Made by a program: the position numbers and the translations under genes. A stretch of DNA of 62,119 bases, filler included, from Barthelona sp. PAP020 (Eukaryota): assembly GCA_040182905.1 (NCBI GenBank). It is 5 parts of 5 records of this genome, joined end to end, with 100 filler letters (N's around TTAATTAATTAA, not from the genome) between each part and the next. Parts side by side here need not be neighbours in the genome. Positions count along the whole stretch, not along the records: positions 1 to 12,400 come from JARQWU010000346.1; positions 12,501 to 24,842 come from JARQWU010000347.1; 3 more parts are not named here. The stretch is one strand, 5' to 3'. The notes under the pieces are model-generated. The model was given only the letters and a program-made list of their open reading frames with translations. It did no database searches and was not told the origin of the DNA. Shown here in pieces: positions 10,500-21,406 of this stretch (positions within the stretch are counted from its first letter, which is position 1; every line of letters begins with the position of its first letter).

Positions 10500-11702
10500 T
10501 CAATCATCATCATTATCACTTTCATCATTTTTATTATTATCAATAAAATCATGCATATTACCACCATTCCTTTCATTCATATCAACTAAATCCCAACATG
10601 TATCAAAGACCATATCAAAATCATTATGATTCATGTAAATACCTGAAGCTACTAATTTTCGAATAAAAGAAGGATCATTTTCTTGAGAAACCAAATATGA
10701 TAAAATGTGACCTTCAGAGGCTGCCAGTCGAATTATATTATCAACATTGTCACCAACAACTGAAAAATTAACTGAAAAACTCCTGATATGATTCCCATTA
10801 CAGAGACCACAAACTACACGTTTCTTATCATTGGATAAAGCAAAACCAAAATTGCCTTCAAATACATTACCATCTATCTTTTGAATGATTGTTTGAGAAT
10901 TTATATTATACACAAAAATATGACCATTGTTAGTCAAAACAAACAAAATATCGCAGGAAAAATATACAATTCCAAAAATTTCACCCACAAAATCAAAACT
11001 TTGAGAAATACTTCCATCCTGAAAATTCCAAATGTTCATTTTACCCTTTTTATCCCCTGTCACAAGTTGGTTGCTATTTGGACTAAACGCTACACTTATC
11101 AAAAAAGCTGGATTTGGTAAAATTGCCAATGAAGTCATATTTTCACAAGAAAAGACTTTTATATTTTCTGCAGAACAAAGAGCAGCCACATATTTATCGT
11201 TATTTGATACAACAACTTTGTAAATTACACTTCCACAATCAACAAAATGGCAACTATCCGAATATATTTCCCATTTCTTCAACATATGTTCTCTATCTCC
11301 TGTAAACAAATAATTTGAATGATTACAAAAAGCGAGGGTTTCAATTTGACTAAAATTATCAATCATTCCAATTCTTGAAAAATCACTTGCTTGAAAAAGA
11401 TGTATACCACTATCAACTCCCACAGCAATATACTGTCCGTCAAAGGAAAAAACTGTCGCCACAGTATTATTATCTGGAGAAGAAAAAAGAAGACAAAGTT
11501 CTTTGCATGTTTTGTCATCAAATATATAAACTCTACCTGAGTAATCAGTTACACTAAAATATCCATGAGTTTTTGAAAAAGAAATGTCCCAAACATCACC
11601 TTCAGCAAGAAATTTGAACTCTTTAAAAGATTTGTCATCAATTGAAGGATAAAACATATTCGCTAACTCTTGTTTGATAATTTGAAGTTTTTCAAATGTC
11701 AT
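10500..11702 (-). CDS. WD40 beta-propeller protein, paralog 2, with C-terminal DTCWDL/NGGNM domain
   Basis: WD repeats (FSFDGQYI, LKKWE, FSPNSNQLVTGD...NIWN); C-terminus aligns with that of 23374-24591. Confidence 0.85.
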   Translation of the reverse strand: MTFEKLQIIKQELANMFYPSIDDKSFKEFKFLAEGDVWDISFSKTHGYFSVTDYSGRVYIFDDKTCKELCLLFSSPDNNTVATVFSFDGQYIAVGVDSGIHLFQASDFSRIGMIDNFSQIETLAFCNHSNYLFTGDREHMLKKWEIYSDSCHFVDCGSVIYKVVVSNNDKYVAALCSAENIKVFSCENMTSLAILPNPAFLISVAFSPNSNQLVTGDKKGKMNIWNFQDGSISQSFDFVGEIFGIVYFSCDILFVLTNNGHIFVYNINSQTIIQKIDGNVFEGNFGFALSNDKKRVVCGLCNGNHIRSFSVNFSVVGDNVDNIIRLAASEGHILSYLVSQENDPSFIRKLVASGIYMNHNDFDMVFDTCWDLVDMNERNGGNMHDFIDNNKNDESDNDDD

Positions 11703-11740
11703 GAGCTCATAAATATTTAAAGAAAAAAGAAAAATGGTTT

Positions 11741-11843
11741 ATTTTCATTTATTCATTCTTTTTTGTTTATAGACTTTGTTTCTGAGAGCTTATGATTTTA
11801 TTAGGGCGATCGATTTTGTCTTGAGCGTAATTAATGTCGAAGG
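11741..11843. repeat. Dispersed repeat B, copy 1
   Basis: Core 11764-11843 matches 24761-24840 at 72/80; both are preceded by attttcatttat. Confidence 0.88.
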
Positions 11844-12400
11844 TAGTCTTCTTTTCTGAAAAAGAAAAAAAAATCGTAATCTTAAAATGTGGGCTTGCTG
11901 TTAGCAGAAAATAAAACTTTTGTAAATGCTTTTCCCTTTACCGCCAAAACGATATTTTACCGATCACATCCAATACTGGAAACTTTGTCCACGTATGTGA
12001 TTATCTCTCTTTGTTGCGATAACCGGGGCGTATATAAACGCAAATGAAAATTTATTTGATGAGACCAAATATTATTTTCTTTTCTTCAGTTTCTTCAAAC
12101 TCTAGTATCACACAAATAAACCATGTCAAAAAAAATACCAACAAGATTTCTAGATTTTTAAATGAAGAAAAGAAATTCAAAACAAACCAATTGAAAACAA
12201 AAAAAAATTTAAAATAACTGTATTTTATTAATACGAACAACCGCAAACGTATTTTGTTTATAAAATTAAAAAGTTTGATTGTTATTTCAACACAAACTTT
12301 TAAGGACTAAATTATTTAATTCATTTTCTTCTGTTTTTATATTTTCTTTGTTTCTTTTTATATTTTCTAACTCGAACTGAATAATTAACATTCAAGTTCT

Positions 12401-12500
12401 NNNNNNNNNNNNNNNNNNNNNNNNNNNNNNNNNNNNNNNNNNNNTTAATTAATTAANNNNNNNNNNNNNNNNNNNNNNNNNNNNNNNNNNNNNNNNNNNN
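12401..12500. other. Artificial contig-joining spacer
   Basis: 44 N + TTAATTAATTAA (stops in all six frames) + 44 N. Confidence 0.97.
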
Positions 12501-13547
12501 GCATGTGTGCATATGATTGCATGTCTCTCTCCTGTTCGTCTATATCTCGATGAAACCCTTGGAACATTGAGATATGCATCTATTGCACATTCAATCACCG
12601 CTGAATTGAAGAAATCGTATCAAGATCCACGAGATGAAAGAATCGCAGAACTTTCTAAGCAACTGAAACACTACGAACGTATTCTGCAAAATAACAACAT
12701 CATATTAAAAGCTGGGAATGAACACATGAAGACACCAAAAACTAGCTCAAAATATTTTTGTTGTTCTGCAACATCTCGCCCTCAATATAGTGCAAAGAAA
12801 CATATTTATACTACCTTAACGCCAAAACCACAACAAACCAACAAAAAATTGACTTGGAATGATTCAGAGAATGATTTACTTTCTCCTGGTGTGATGAATA
12901 AAAAAGATAACCAATTATGTATGTTGATGGATGATCTTCCAGTGGACAAAGCAAATGATTCAAAAGCTATGATCAATTCAAAGGATGACCTTAGAGAATT
13001 TATTGATTCTGAAATAAATCAGAGATTTTTTGAATTGGCAAAAAAATACAATTTGGAAAAAATTTTGAAAAAAACTCCCAAAAACTCAAACTCAAAAAAT
13101 GAAGAAAGTGAAAAAATAGATACAAAAGATAAAAAAACAAAAATAAAGAAAGTCAAAAAATCAAAAGAAAAAGCAGGCAAAAACTCAAAAAATAGTAAAA
13201 AAACCAAAAAATCAAAAAATACAGAAAATAAGAAAGAACTTTTGGATCAAACAGTAAATATCAAAAGAAATGAAATTGACAGCTGTTTAAAAAAAGAAAA
13301 CAAAGAAGAAAAAATAATTTCAGAATTAAATTCTTCTGAAGAACTCGTCCCTTTTAAAACAACAGAAAATATTCAAAAAACACCAAAAGAAACACAAATA
13401 CTGAGCATTCACAAAAATAAAGACTCTTATACAATGCCCCTTCTTTCAATTGATTCAACTGACTCAAATAAAGAAAAAAAGAAAATTAAACAAATAAATT
13501 TACCTTGGACAACAAGAAAAACACCGAAAACAAACCCTCAAAGCTAA
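12501..13547 (+). CDS. Kinesin, 5'-truncated (end of motor domain + Lys-rich tail)
   Basis: Frame is open from the contig start; MIACLSP...ETLGTLRYA matches the kinesin motor C-terminal motif, followed by a short neck coil. Confidence 0.88.
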   Translation, partial: ACVHMIACLSPVRLYLDETLGTLRYASIAHSITAELKKSYQDPRDERIAELSKQLKHYERILQNNNIILKAGNEHMKTPKTSSKYFCCSATSRPQYSAKKHIYTTLTPKPQQTNKKLTWNDSENDLLSPGVMNKKDNQLCMLMDDLPVDKANDSKAMINSKDDLREFIDSEINQRFFELAKKYNLEKILKKTPKNSNSKNEESEKIDTKDKKTKIKKVKKSKEKAGKNSKNSKKTKKSKNTENKKELLDQTVNIKRNEIDSCLKKENKEEKIISELNSSEELVPFKTTENIQKTPKETQILSIHKNKDSYTMPLLSIDSTDSNKEKKKIKQINLPWTTRKTPKTNPQS

Positions 13548-13647
13548 AAAAAGCTTAAAAAACGAACATGTAAATAGCGTTATTAGAACTGCCTCCACAC
13601 TTTTTTTTAATGTTTTTTCAATTATTGTCTTTTTTTTAACCCAATAA

Positions 13648-13908
13648 TTAACTTAAATCCATTGTTTCAACTGTATCTTTAACTTTTTTTGCATATTCTG
13701 CATCTTGTTTCCTTTTTTTATAAACATAATAAAGAAATACAACGAAATATATACCTGCTGCAATGAAACAATTCATTGAAGCTTGATTTCTATCTGTAAT
13801 AGTAGTATTTAAATACCATCCAGCTCTTGCACCAAATCCAATTATTCCTAACATAAGAACTCCCCACACAGAAACAACTAACATCATATATGTACAAACA
13901 GATGCCAT
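13648..13908 (-). CDS. RNASEK-like / V-ATPase V0 subunit f small membrane protein
   Basis: 86 aa, two hydrophobic segments with SVWGVLML and NCFIAAGIY motifs. Confidence 0.8.
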   Translation of the reverse strand: MASVCTYMMLVVSVWGVLMLGIIGFGARAGWYLNTTITDRNQASMNCFIAAGIYFVVFLYYVYKKRKQDAEYAKKVKDTVETMDLS

Positions 13909-14096
13909 TTTTTTCCTTTTTCAAAAGTATAAATGAACAATCAATAAAAAGAATATTTGGAAAACAATTTTTTTGTTATTGAACAATCCATTTATCGAAA
14001 GATTTATTCCTTTCCTTTCATTGAATATCATTGTATTTTGTATTTTTGTATATTTTTATAGTTCGATAATTTTTGTATATCTGTATATGTAATAGA

Positions 14097-17000
14097 ATGA
14101 GTACCAATATGAAAAAACAGTGTTTAAAACTATCAACATTTGAACCATCTTTGACTAAAAATATACATGAAGATAGTGATGGTTCTTTTACTGAAAGATC
14201 TTTGAAAACAAAGCCCATTAGAACCCAGGTCAAATTAGTTTTAGATGCTACACATAGAGAAAGTCAAAAACATCAAAAATTGAAAGGTTACAAAGAAGTT
14301 TTAAATGGCAATTTACGCAATCCCACTAAAATTGATGTTGAAACAGTTGACATCAAAGAAAATTCGCCAAATACATTATCTTTACCAAAAATAAATGACT
14401 CACGGGTTTGTTCTGTAACTGAACGACCTTGTTCTGACAATAGGAAGAATGATATTTGTGAAGAAAATGAAAACAAAAAAATTGTTCCAAATGACTTTCA
14501 AGAAGATGAAAGAAAAAAAATTGGTGATAGGAGGAAAAAAAATGTTCAAAACCAGTTCAAATTTACGAAAGAAAGTTTTGAAACTTTCAAAACTTTCAAA
14601 ACGATGGAAGATTTTGAAAATATAAATGATATCAAGCAAAAACTAATGAATTCTGTGCCTTGTTCTCAATTTTCCAGCATTCCTTCCGAATACCACAAAT
14701 TAGTTGAAGTTAAACAGATCAAAGAATTTTTGTCTGAAGATCTGGCCGATTTTGTATTTTTGGATGAAAAATTTTATAAACGTATTTTTCCAAAGAATAG
14801 ACCTTATACAGCAGACCAATTTGAATTTTTAAAACACTTTTTGGTGGAAAAATATTCTCAACTACCTTCAGTGGCCGATACCAATGCTAATTTAGATGTA
14901 GTTACCAGATTATTGAAAGAAGAAAGCGATGTGCTGTTGAACATTGTGTTTGAGATATCAAGACAAATAAAAGTCAGATCTGTTGAACGAGGAGAGATGT
15001 TAGATGCGTCTATTGATCGATTACGTCAATTGTTAGGAGTTTCTTCAACATTGCTAACTGATCTAAAGAAAAGAAGAGAAGGAGACCTGGTTGAAATGAA
15101 GACCAATCTTGATAACATGAATGTTTCATTTGCTAAAGAAAGAGAATTGCATTTGAAACAGAAAGAGCAATATGAAAGTATCATCAATGATCAACAGAGA
15201 ATTATAGAAAATAAGCAAGCAGAAATTGACAGTTTCAAACAAATGTTTAATGATCCACACCTCAGTTCTTCCATTGATGATGTGTCTTTTGAAAAAGTTG
15301 TTATGGATTCCATATTGTATTTGAATCAGATTTGTGAAGATGAGAAGGTAGGTGTTTTTTCAAACAATAATGTTGACAAAGATAAAGGGGCCATGAACTT
15401 TGATGAGTTGAGTACATTAATGACTGAAAGATGTCATGACAAAGCATTGCAAGAACAAATCAAAATTATCCAAAAGGAATTGGAAAACACGCAGTTAAAA
15501 TTAACCGAAAGAAATGATGAGTTGTCTTCAACAAAAAAAAAATTACAACAATCTGATGCCCTTTTGAATCGTTTAATTGGAAATGGTACCATCAATGCTA
15601 TTGTGGAAATTCCCAGTGACAATTCAAGTACAAGCATTAAAGAAGAATCTGAATCTGATGAAGTATCCGAGTTAAAAGTGGAGAAATTAAAGATCACTTC
15701 AAAAATCTTTGATTTAAAAGACAAGATTAACACCATCACTAAGATTAGATCAGAAGAATGGGATACATATTTGAAAACTAAGGATGAGTTATTGCTTGAT
15801 AACATATTAAAAATTAGGGAGAAACGTAAAGATAAAGGAGTAAAAATAAACACAAATTCCAATCAATTGTCCGTATTGAATATTGAAAAAATCCAGTTAT
15901 CTTTGCTTAATTCATACTTTGTAAGATTGACTAAAAAGCTAGAACATGTCACCGATGCAACTATTTCTTTCAAGATCTTTGAGGAATTACCCATATTTAA
16001 GCAATATAACCCTTCCTTGATACAGTATAAACAATGTCGTGTTTTGGAAACGAAAGTCTTGGAACTCTTAAGATTTAACTCAGACGTCAGAGTTATATTG
16101 TGTGAAAAGCTCAATGAATTACCAGTTCTATTTTTAAAATTCCTCAGAAATACATTTTGGGTGAGAAATTCTTTTGATGGCTATGAATCCATAAATCTAA
16201 AGGCACATGAAGTATTCAATAATTTCTTAGCGTTGAACTTTGAGCAAATTGTTGATCCCTTTTTGGAAAAATGTGAGATCTTCAATGTAAAAGATGCAAC
16301 CTTTAAATCTATTCTATTTATACGTTTAAATATCACTATTGTAAAGATCTTCAGCGAAAATGTAAATGTTTTGGCGAAAACTTTCCTAAATGTTGTATGT
16401 TCATCTGTTGAAGGATATTTGGAGTATTTGAAATCGTTGGACTTGTTCAATCCGAATGTTCAGCTTGCAGAAATAAAAAATAAACTGACAAAATCAACCA
16501 TCACTATAGAAACGCAGTATTTAAACCTAATCGAACATGTAAACTCACATAGTTCTATTTTTGGTTCAGATCTAATATTTCCTCCTTTAGCTTTTCTACT
16601 CATGGAGCATTTGTATGGATTAACTAGTGATATCCCTTACAAACAGATGTTCAATCCCAGCTCATTTCAAGGCTTACCTAATGCAATTTTTGGTGATCAA
16701 TTTGGCATTCTTTTAAAAGTGTTATTTGGTACATCTCTTTCTAATGCCAGATACAAAGCCATTATGAAATTTATCATGAATTATCGGGATTACAAGATTA
16801 CATCTTTTCAGAAAGATGTATTATGTGGTACTCCTCCCAAAGGAAAGATTATGAGTACCAACGTATCATTAGTCCCTTTTGATCATTGTTTGTTGTTTGT
16901 TTTGTATGAGTATAACAATGTTACGTTGAAACAGATGTATGATTTCCGACAAATTCTTGAAAATACTCATGAATCTGCTTCAATGTTTATCAGTCAAACG

Positions 17001-17849
17001 TATTGTTTCGATGAATTCAATGAAACTATTTCTAAATTGTCGAATTCAGTATCTTCAATTAAACTAGCAAATATCTGGATGAATACTCATGCAAATTATC
17101 CTAAACAGAGAAATCACGATGAATATCATTTAATTATGGACAAATTTATTGATAAATCAGCTAACGGTGAATTCATCAGTGGAAAAAAAGCTTTGATTGA
17201 TTTCGATACCGAAAATCAACAGAGAATCAAAAATTTAACATACAATATCATGACTCTGGATTGCACAAAACTCTTTGAAATAATTCTTTCTAATCCAAGC
17301 ATTTCCAAGATGTTCGCTCTACCTTTGGTGAATATCGGACCCACATTAGTCGCCACAATTAAAATTGATGAGGTCACAGATATGTTAGCTGATGCACGCT
17401 CGTTGATTTTCAACTTTGAAAAAGTTTTCGAAACTGTAAGTGAGCATCCAACCTTATTGAACAGGAATTTTAACAGCGCCAAAATATTTTATGAAAAGTT
17501 GCAAATTGTTCTAATGAGCCACTCTTTTCCCATTACAACAGTCTTGCTCATCAACAAAGTTATTAATCTACTTGTATCTGGAGTTTTAGAAATTCAATCT
17601 TCAACTGGTTTGTATGATTTCAGTTCTATTTTAGAAGTACAGAACTTTAATGACCTATTTGACAAAACTTTCAATGAAGGAAGTTTAAGAGCTTTAGAAT
17701 ATTCAAAATCGAATCCACAAGCTTTTTCAGTGACTCAATTCATCAACAGTTTAATTAAACTTCAAAGACAATATCGTTCAATTTTTAAAAAAACAGAAGT
17801 TAAACCTAATTTATCTAAATCTAACAGTTTATTGTTGTTGACAACTTGA
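14097..17849 (+). CDS. Large protein with axonemal dynein light chain (p28)-like domain and coiled coil
   Basis: FEISRQIKVRSVERGEML resembles the p28-family ELIRQVTxxCxERGLLL motif; first ATG at 14097. Confidence 0.6.
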   Translation: MSTNMKKQCLKLSTFEPSLTKNIHEDSDGSFTERSLKTKPIRTQVKLVLDATHRESQKHQKLKGYKEVLNGNLRNPTKIDVETVDIKENSPNTLSLPKINDSRVCSVTERPCSDNRKNDICEENENKKIVPNDFQEDERKKIGDRRKKNVQNQFKFTKESFETFKTFKTMEDFENINDIKQKLMNSVPCSQFSSIPSEYHKLVEVKQIKEFLSEDLADFVFLDEKFYKRIFPKNRPYTADQFEFLKHFLVEKYSQLPSVADTNANLDVVTRLLKEESDVLLNIVFEISRQIKVRSVERGEMLDASIDRLRQLLGVSSTLLTDLKKRREGDLVEMKTNLDNMNVSFAKERELHLKQKEQYESIINDQQRIIENKQAEIDSFKQMFNDPHLSSSIDDVSFEKVVMDSILYLNQICEDEKVGVFSNNNVDKDKGAMNFDELSTLMTERCHDKALQEQIKIIQKELENTQLKLTERNDELSSTKKKLQQSDALLNRLIGNGTINAIVEIPSDNSSTSIKEESESDEVSELKVEKLKITSKIFDLKDKINTITKIRSEEWDTYLKTKDELLLDNILKIREKRKDKGVKINTNSNQLSVLNIEKIQLSLLNSYFVRLTKKLEHVTDATISFKIFEELPIFKQYNPSLIQYKQCRVLETKVLELLRFNSDVRVILCEKLNELPVLFLKFLRNTFWVRNSFDGYESINLKAHEVFNNFLALNFEQIVDPFLEKCEIFNVKDATFKSILFIRLNITIVKIFSENVNVLAKTFLNVVCSSVEGYLEYLKSLDLFNPNVQLAEIKNKLTKSTITIETQYLNLIEHVNSHSSIFGSDLIFPPLAFLLMEHLYGLTSDIPYKQMFNPSSFQGLPNAIFGDQFGILLKVLFGTSLSNARYKAIMKFIMNYRDYKITSFQKDVLCGTPPKGKIMSTNVSLVPFDHCLLFVLYEYNNVTLKQMYDFRQILENTHESASMFISQTYCFDEFNETISKLSNSVSSIKLANIWMNTHANYPKQRNHDEYHLIMDKFIDKSANGEFISGKKALIDFDTENQQRIKNLTYNIMTLDCTKLFEIILSNPSISKMFALPLVNIGPTLVATIKIDEVTDMLADARSLIFNFEKVFETVSEHPTLLNRNFNSAKIFYEKLQIVLMSHSFPITTVLLINKVINLLVSGVLEIQSSTGLYDFSSILEVQNFNDLFDKTFNEGSLRALEYSKSNPQAFSVTQFINSLIKLQRQYRSIFKKTEVKPNLSKSNSLLLLTT

Positions 17850-18138
17850 AATTTTCCATCCCTCATATTTTTGTAAACTGATTTTTTTAAGTTTCTTGTA
17901 TTTTTTTAATTAATTATATTCTAATTTGGTCTATTATTGGTTTTATTTTAAAAACTTCATTTAAGGGTAATATTTTGATAGTTATCTAATCTTTTATTTT
18001 TTGGCTTCTTTTCATCATAAAATTAAACTTTGTTTTATCATTTTTGAATATTTGATTGCTCTATTCATTTCTTAATTGATTGATTTTGATTGCTCATTAC
18101 TTTTTTGATAAAACCATTTTTTCATATAATATTCTCAT

Positions 18139-21036
18139 ATGGCAAAGTCTTGGATATCAAAGTATCATGATAATCTGAAACCTGTCATGTTGACTTATGG
18201 ATTGTTAGTCCTTTTTGGTATTTTATGCACCGTTGGATTATCTTTATTAAAAACTGTGCCTTCTGGTTTTTCTTGTAATTACGAAAAACCAGATAGTACT
18301 GAATTTAACTTTATTGATGATATTGCTCCTGGAACCAAATTTTTCAATCATTGTACTATTGATATTATAATTTTTTATCCCTCTTTTTTTACTTTTATTG
18401 TATTTTTAATATTATGGTTGATTAAAGACAAACCATGGAGATTTCCTTCATTAAAGAGCAGAAAAAATTTTAAACAAAGAGATCCTTCCACTACTTTTTT
18501 TGTCTTTGTACGTTTTGGGTTAATTATTGCATTAATGGTGTCATTTAATGTCAACGTTTTGGCATATTTAATGTCAAGCGATACAATGACCACAAATGGT
18601 ACCGTTTGGGAAATGTTATCCAACATATTTATGTTAGTTTCTTGGATTATTGTATTAATTACCTGTTTTGCTTTGTATGTACAAGGAAGAAAGAATCCTG
18701 ACTTCATTCATCAATACTACTTCATCACAGCTATTCATTTGCTATTCAGAGAGATCTTACATATGATTATTAGCACAAAACACTTCGATGACAATGGAGA
18801 TACATCGAGGTTTGAGTCTCAAATCAAGAGTGTTGCTTTTGTATGTGCAATAGGGTTGGCTGTTTCTGCTTATTATGCTCGTGAAAATCCGGAAATCGAA
18901 CAAGTTGCTATTGAAGAGGAAGACGAAGAAGAAGAAGAAGAAGAAGTTGCCAGTATTGTTGATGTCTTGAAATTGTTCAGTCCCCAACGCAAATATATGT
19001 TAGTGTGCTTTTTCGTTGCGACAATTAAAGGATTCACTTCTGTTGAGACTTTCGTTCAATTGAGTATGATGATGAGTCCCGATAAGGCTACTTTGAACGA
19101 TCCTTTTGAAGTGGTAAAATCTTTTGCTATTTATGTGTTTATCAATTGCGTTTTTATTGCTATTAATAAAGCAATTGTTGGTGTTGCTGAAAACAAAGCC
19201 AATGCACATGCTAAACGTTTGGTCTTTGATTCTATTCTTGATCAAGAGACTGGTTTTTTTTTGGATCCCAATATTGGATTAGGTAATTTGGTTGCCACTT
19301 TGACTCAAACAACCATTGTAGCCAAAGGATGGACAAGCTTTTTATATATGGCCTGGGATCCTTTAATCAGTGGTATTGTCACAATCATCAGTTTATTCGC
19401 CATCAGTTGGCAATTGACTGCCGTTCTTTTCGCTCTTATTGTGTACACGTTGTCATTTACATTCATTAGATCCTTTTTGTTTTCTTCCAAATACGCTTTA
19501 CAGATTGCCAATGCTGTTGGTATAGTTACAGGTAAAGGAAATGAAATTATTGAGAACCTTGAAGCTGTAAGACTATTCCAAGAAGAAACTAGAGAACTGC
19601 ACTATTACAATGCAGCAGTACAGGATAATTTTGAGATCATGAAATCAAAGGCCAAATTTGAAGCTGTATCGAGTGGTATTGAAACCTTTTTGGTTGCCTT
19701 AATTACCGGAGGTGTGTTGTATGTTGGTTCTTTAATTTTCATATCTTCTGAAGTTCATCCCGGAACAGGAGGGGCCAATATTGGGCGTTCTGAGTTATCC
19801 ACTTTCATTCTTTTATCCACACAAGTTTTGGGAAGCTTTGGCACATTCGTTATGATTTTACCAATGATCTTGCAAACTTTGGGACCTGCTGCACGAGTTT
19901 TAAACATTATCAACAGAAAACCACGATATGATTTGAATAGTGGTATTAAACCTCCTAAATTTGATGGAGAATTTGAATTTTCTGATGTGACTTTCACATA
20001 TCCCAATGCTGACAAGCCAACTTTGAAACATGTCAATTTGAAAATACCTGCAGGAACTTCTGCTGCATTTGTTGGGCCTTCTGGTTGCGGAAAGTCAACT
20101 TCTCTATCGTTATTACAGGGTTATTATCATCCTGAAGCTGTGTCTGCTGATGATCATGAATCTGGTGGAACTGTTTTAATTGATGGATACAACATGAAGA
20201 ATATACATCCCAGATGGTTCTTATCTCAAATAGGTGTTGTGTCCCAATCCCCAATACTTTTTAATAATACAATCCGTTACAACATCTGCTATGGTTCTCA
20301 AGATGTTAGTGAGGAAGCATTTTGGAGAGCTGTTGAAATGGCTAATGCCTCAGATTTCATCACACCTGATACTGTTGATGAAAGCGTTGGTGAATCAGGT
20401 TCTAAACTTTCTGGAGGACAACGTCAGCGTGTTGCGATAGCCAGGGTCATTTTAAGGGATCCTAAACTGTTAATTTTGGATGAGGTTACATCTGCGTTAG
20501 ATCCAACGTCTGAACGTTTAGTTATGGAGTCTTTGAAGAAACTGTCTGAGAACAGAACATGTGTCATGGTTGCTCACAGGTTGAACACGATTGCACATGC
20601 TGATAATATCATAGTTTTCAAAGATGGGGAAAAGGTTGAAGAAGGGCATCATAATATGCTTACTCAAATGAAAGATGGCCTTTATTATTCACTCTACAAC
20701 ACACAGGTTCAGATCTTTTTGGATATTTTGAAAAAAATGACCGTAAAGAAAGGAGCTGAAGGTGTTATTGATGGGAAAGCTACTATTGATAGCGATGATG
20801 AACAGATGAACAAGGAAAAGGAAAATGATTTCATATCCAATTTGTTAGACCTCAGTGACGTTCCAAATCAATCCCCAGATCAAAATGCTGCATTAAGATT
20901 CATTGAAACAGCAAACATTGATGACTTATTAAATGAGAGTTTTGATGACAATCAGAATAACAGTGAAAATGTAAATACTGAACATACTGAACTTGAGTTA
21001 CCCACTAATGATGATCTCATTCATGATTTTGAATAG
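18139..21036 (+). CDS. ABCB-type half transporter with extra N-terminal membrane domain
   Basis: Walker A GPSGCGKST, Q-loop VSQSP, LSGGQRQR, LILDEVTSALD, VAHRL; single TMD+NBD preceded by ~250 aa of extra TM segments. Confidence 0.92.
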   Translation: MAKSWISKYHDNLKPVMLTYGLLVLFGILCTVGLSLLKTVPSGFSCNYEKPDSTEFNFIDDIAPGTKFFNHCTIDIIIFYPSFFTFIVFLILWLIKDKPWRFPSLKSRKNFKQRDPSTTFFVFVRFGLIIALMVSFNVNVLAYLMSSDTMTTNGTVWEMLSNIFMLVSWIIVLITCFALYVQGRKNPDFIHQYYFITAIHLLFREILHMIISTKHFDDNGDTSRFESQIKSVAFVCAIGLAVSAYYARENPEIEQVAIEEEDEEEEEEEVASIVDVLKLFSPQRKYMLVCFFVATIKGFTSVETFVQLSMMMSPDKATLNDPFEVVKSFAIYVFINCVFIAINKAIVGVAENKANAHAKRLVFDSILDQETGFFLDPNIGLGNLVATLTQTTIVAKGWTSFLYMAWDPLISGIVTIISLFAISWQLTAVLFALIVYTLSFTFIRSFLFSSKYALQIANAVGIVTGKGNEIIENLEAVRLFQEETRELHYYNAAVQDNFEIMKSKAKFEAVSSGIETFLVALITGGVLYVGSLIFISSEVHPGTGGANIGRSELSTFILLSTQVLGSFGTFVMILPMILQTLGPAARVLNIINRKPRYDLNSGIKPPKFDGEFEFSDVTFTYPNADKPTLKHVNLKIPAGTSAAFVGPSGCGKSTSLSLLQGYYHPEAVSADDHESGGTVLIDGYNMKNIHPRWFLSQIGVVSQSPILFNNTIRYNICYGSQDVSEEAFWRAVEMANASDFITPDTVDESVGESGSKLSGGQRQRVAIARVILRDPKLLILDEVTSALDPTSERLVMESLKKLSENRTCVMVAHRLNTIAHADNIIVFKDGEKVEEGHHNMLTQMKDGLYYSLYNTQVQIFLDILKKMTVKKGAEGVIDGKATIDSDDEQMNKEKENDFISNLLDLSDVPNQSPDQNAALRFIETANIDDLLNESFDDNQNNSENVNTEHTELELPTNDDLIHDFE

Positions 21037-21406
21037 TTATTATCAAAATTATCTGTGTGGTAAAAGTTAAATTATTGTTTACAATCTTCAAGTGTGTAAA
21101 ATGGAAAATATCTTGTTATTTATAAAAACTTTGAATTTCTTAAATTTTTTTTAAGCTTTATATCAACTTAAACCAAGAGCAAGTTAAGAAGACTAAATAT
21201 ATGGTTGATAATGGTTTAAGAATGAAATATTGACAAATCTTCATTCCAACGAGTTGATATAAAATTACAACAAACTTATTTTGTTCATCATTTATCATGT
21301 TAATGTTCTCAAAAACAAAGAATTAAAGACATTTAGTCCTTTTAAAAAGGATTCTTTTTTTTTGCATTAATCCTCATTAGTGAGAAACTTTTTTTTTGAT
21401 TTTTAG

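Noticed and set aside
12445..12456. Palindromic TTAATTAATTAA recurring every ~12.4 kb, as a biological periodic element
   Set aside because: Always embedded in exactly 44+44 N; it is a synthetic six-frame-stop linker.
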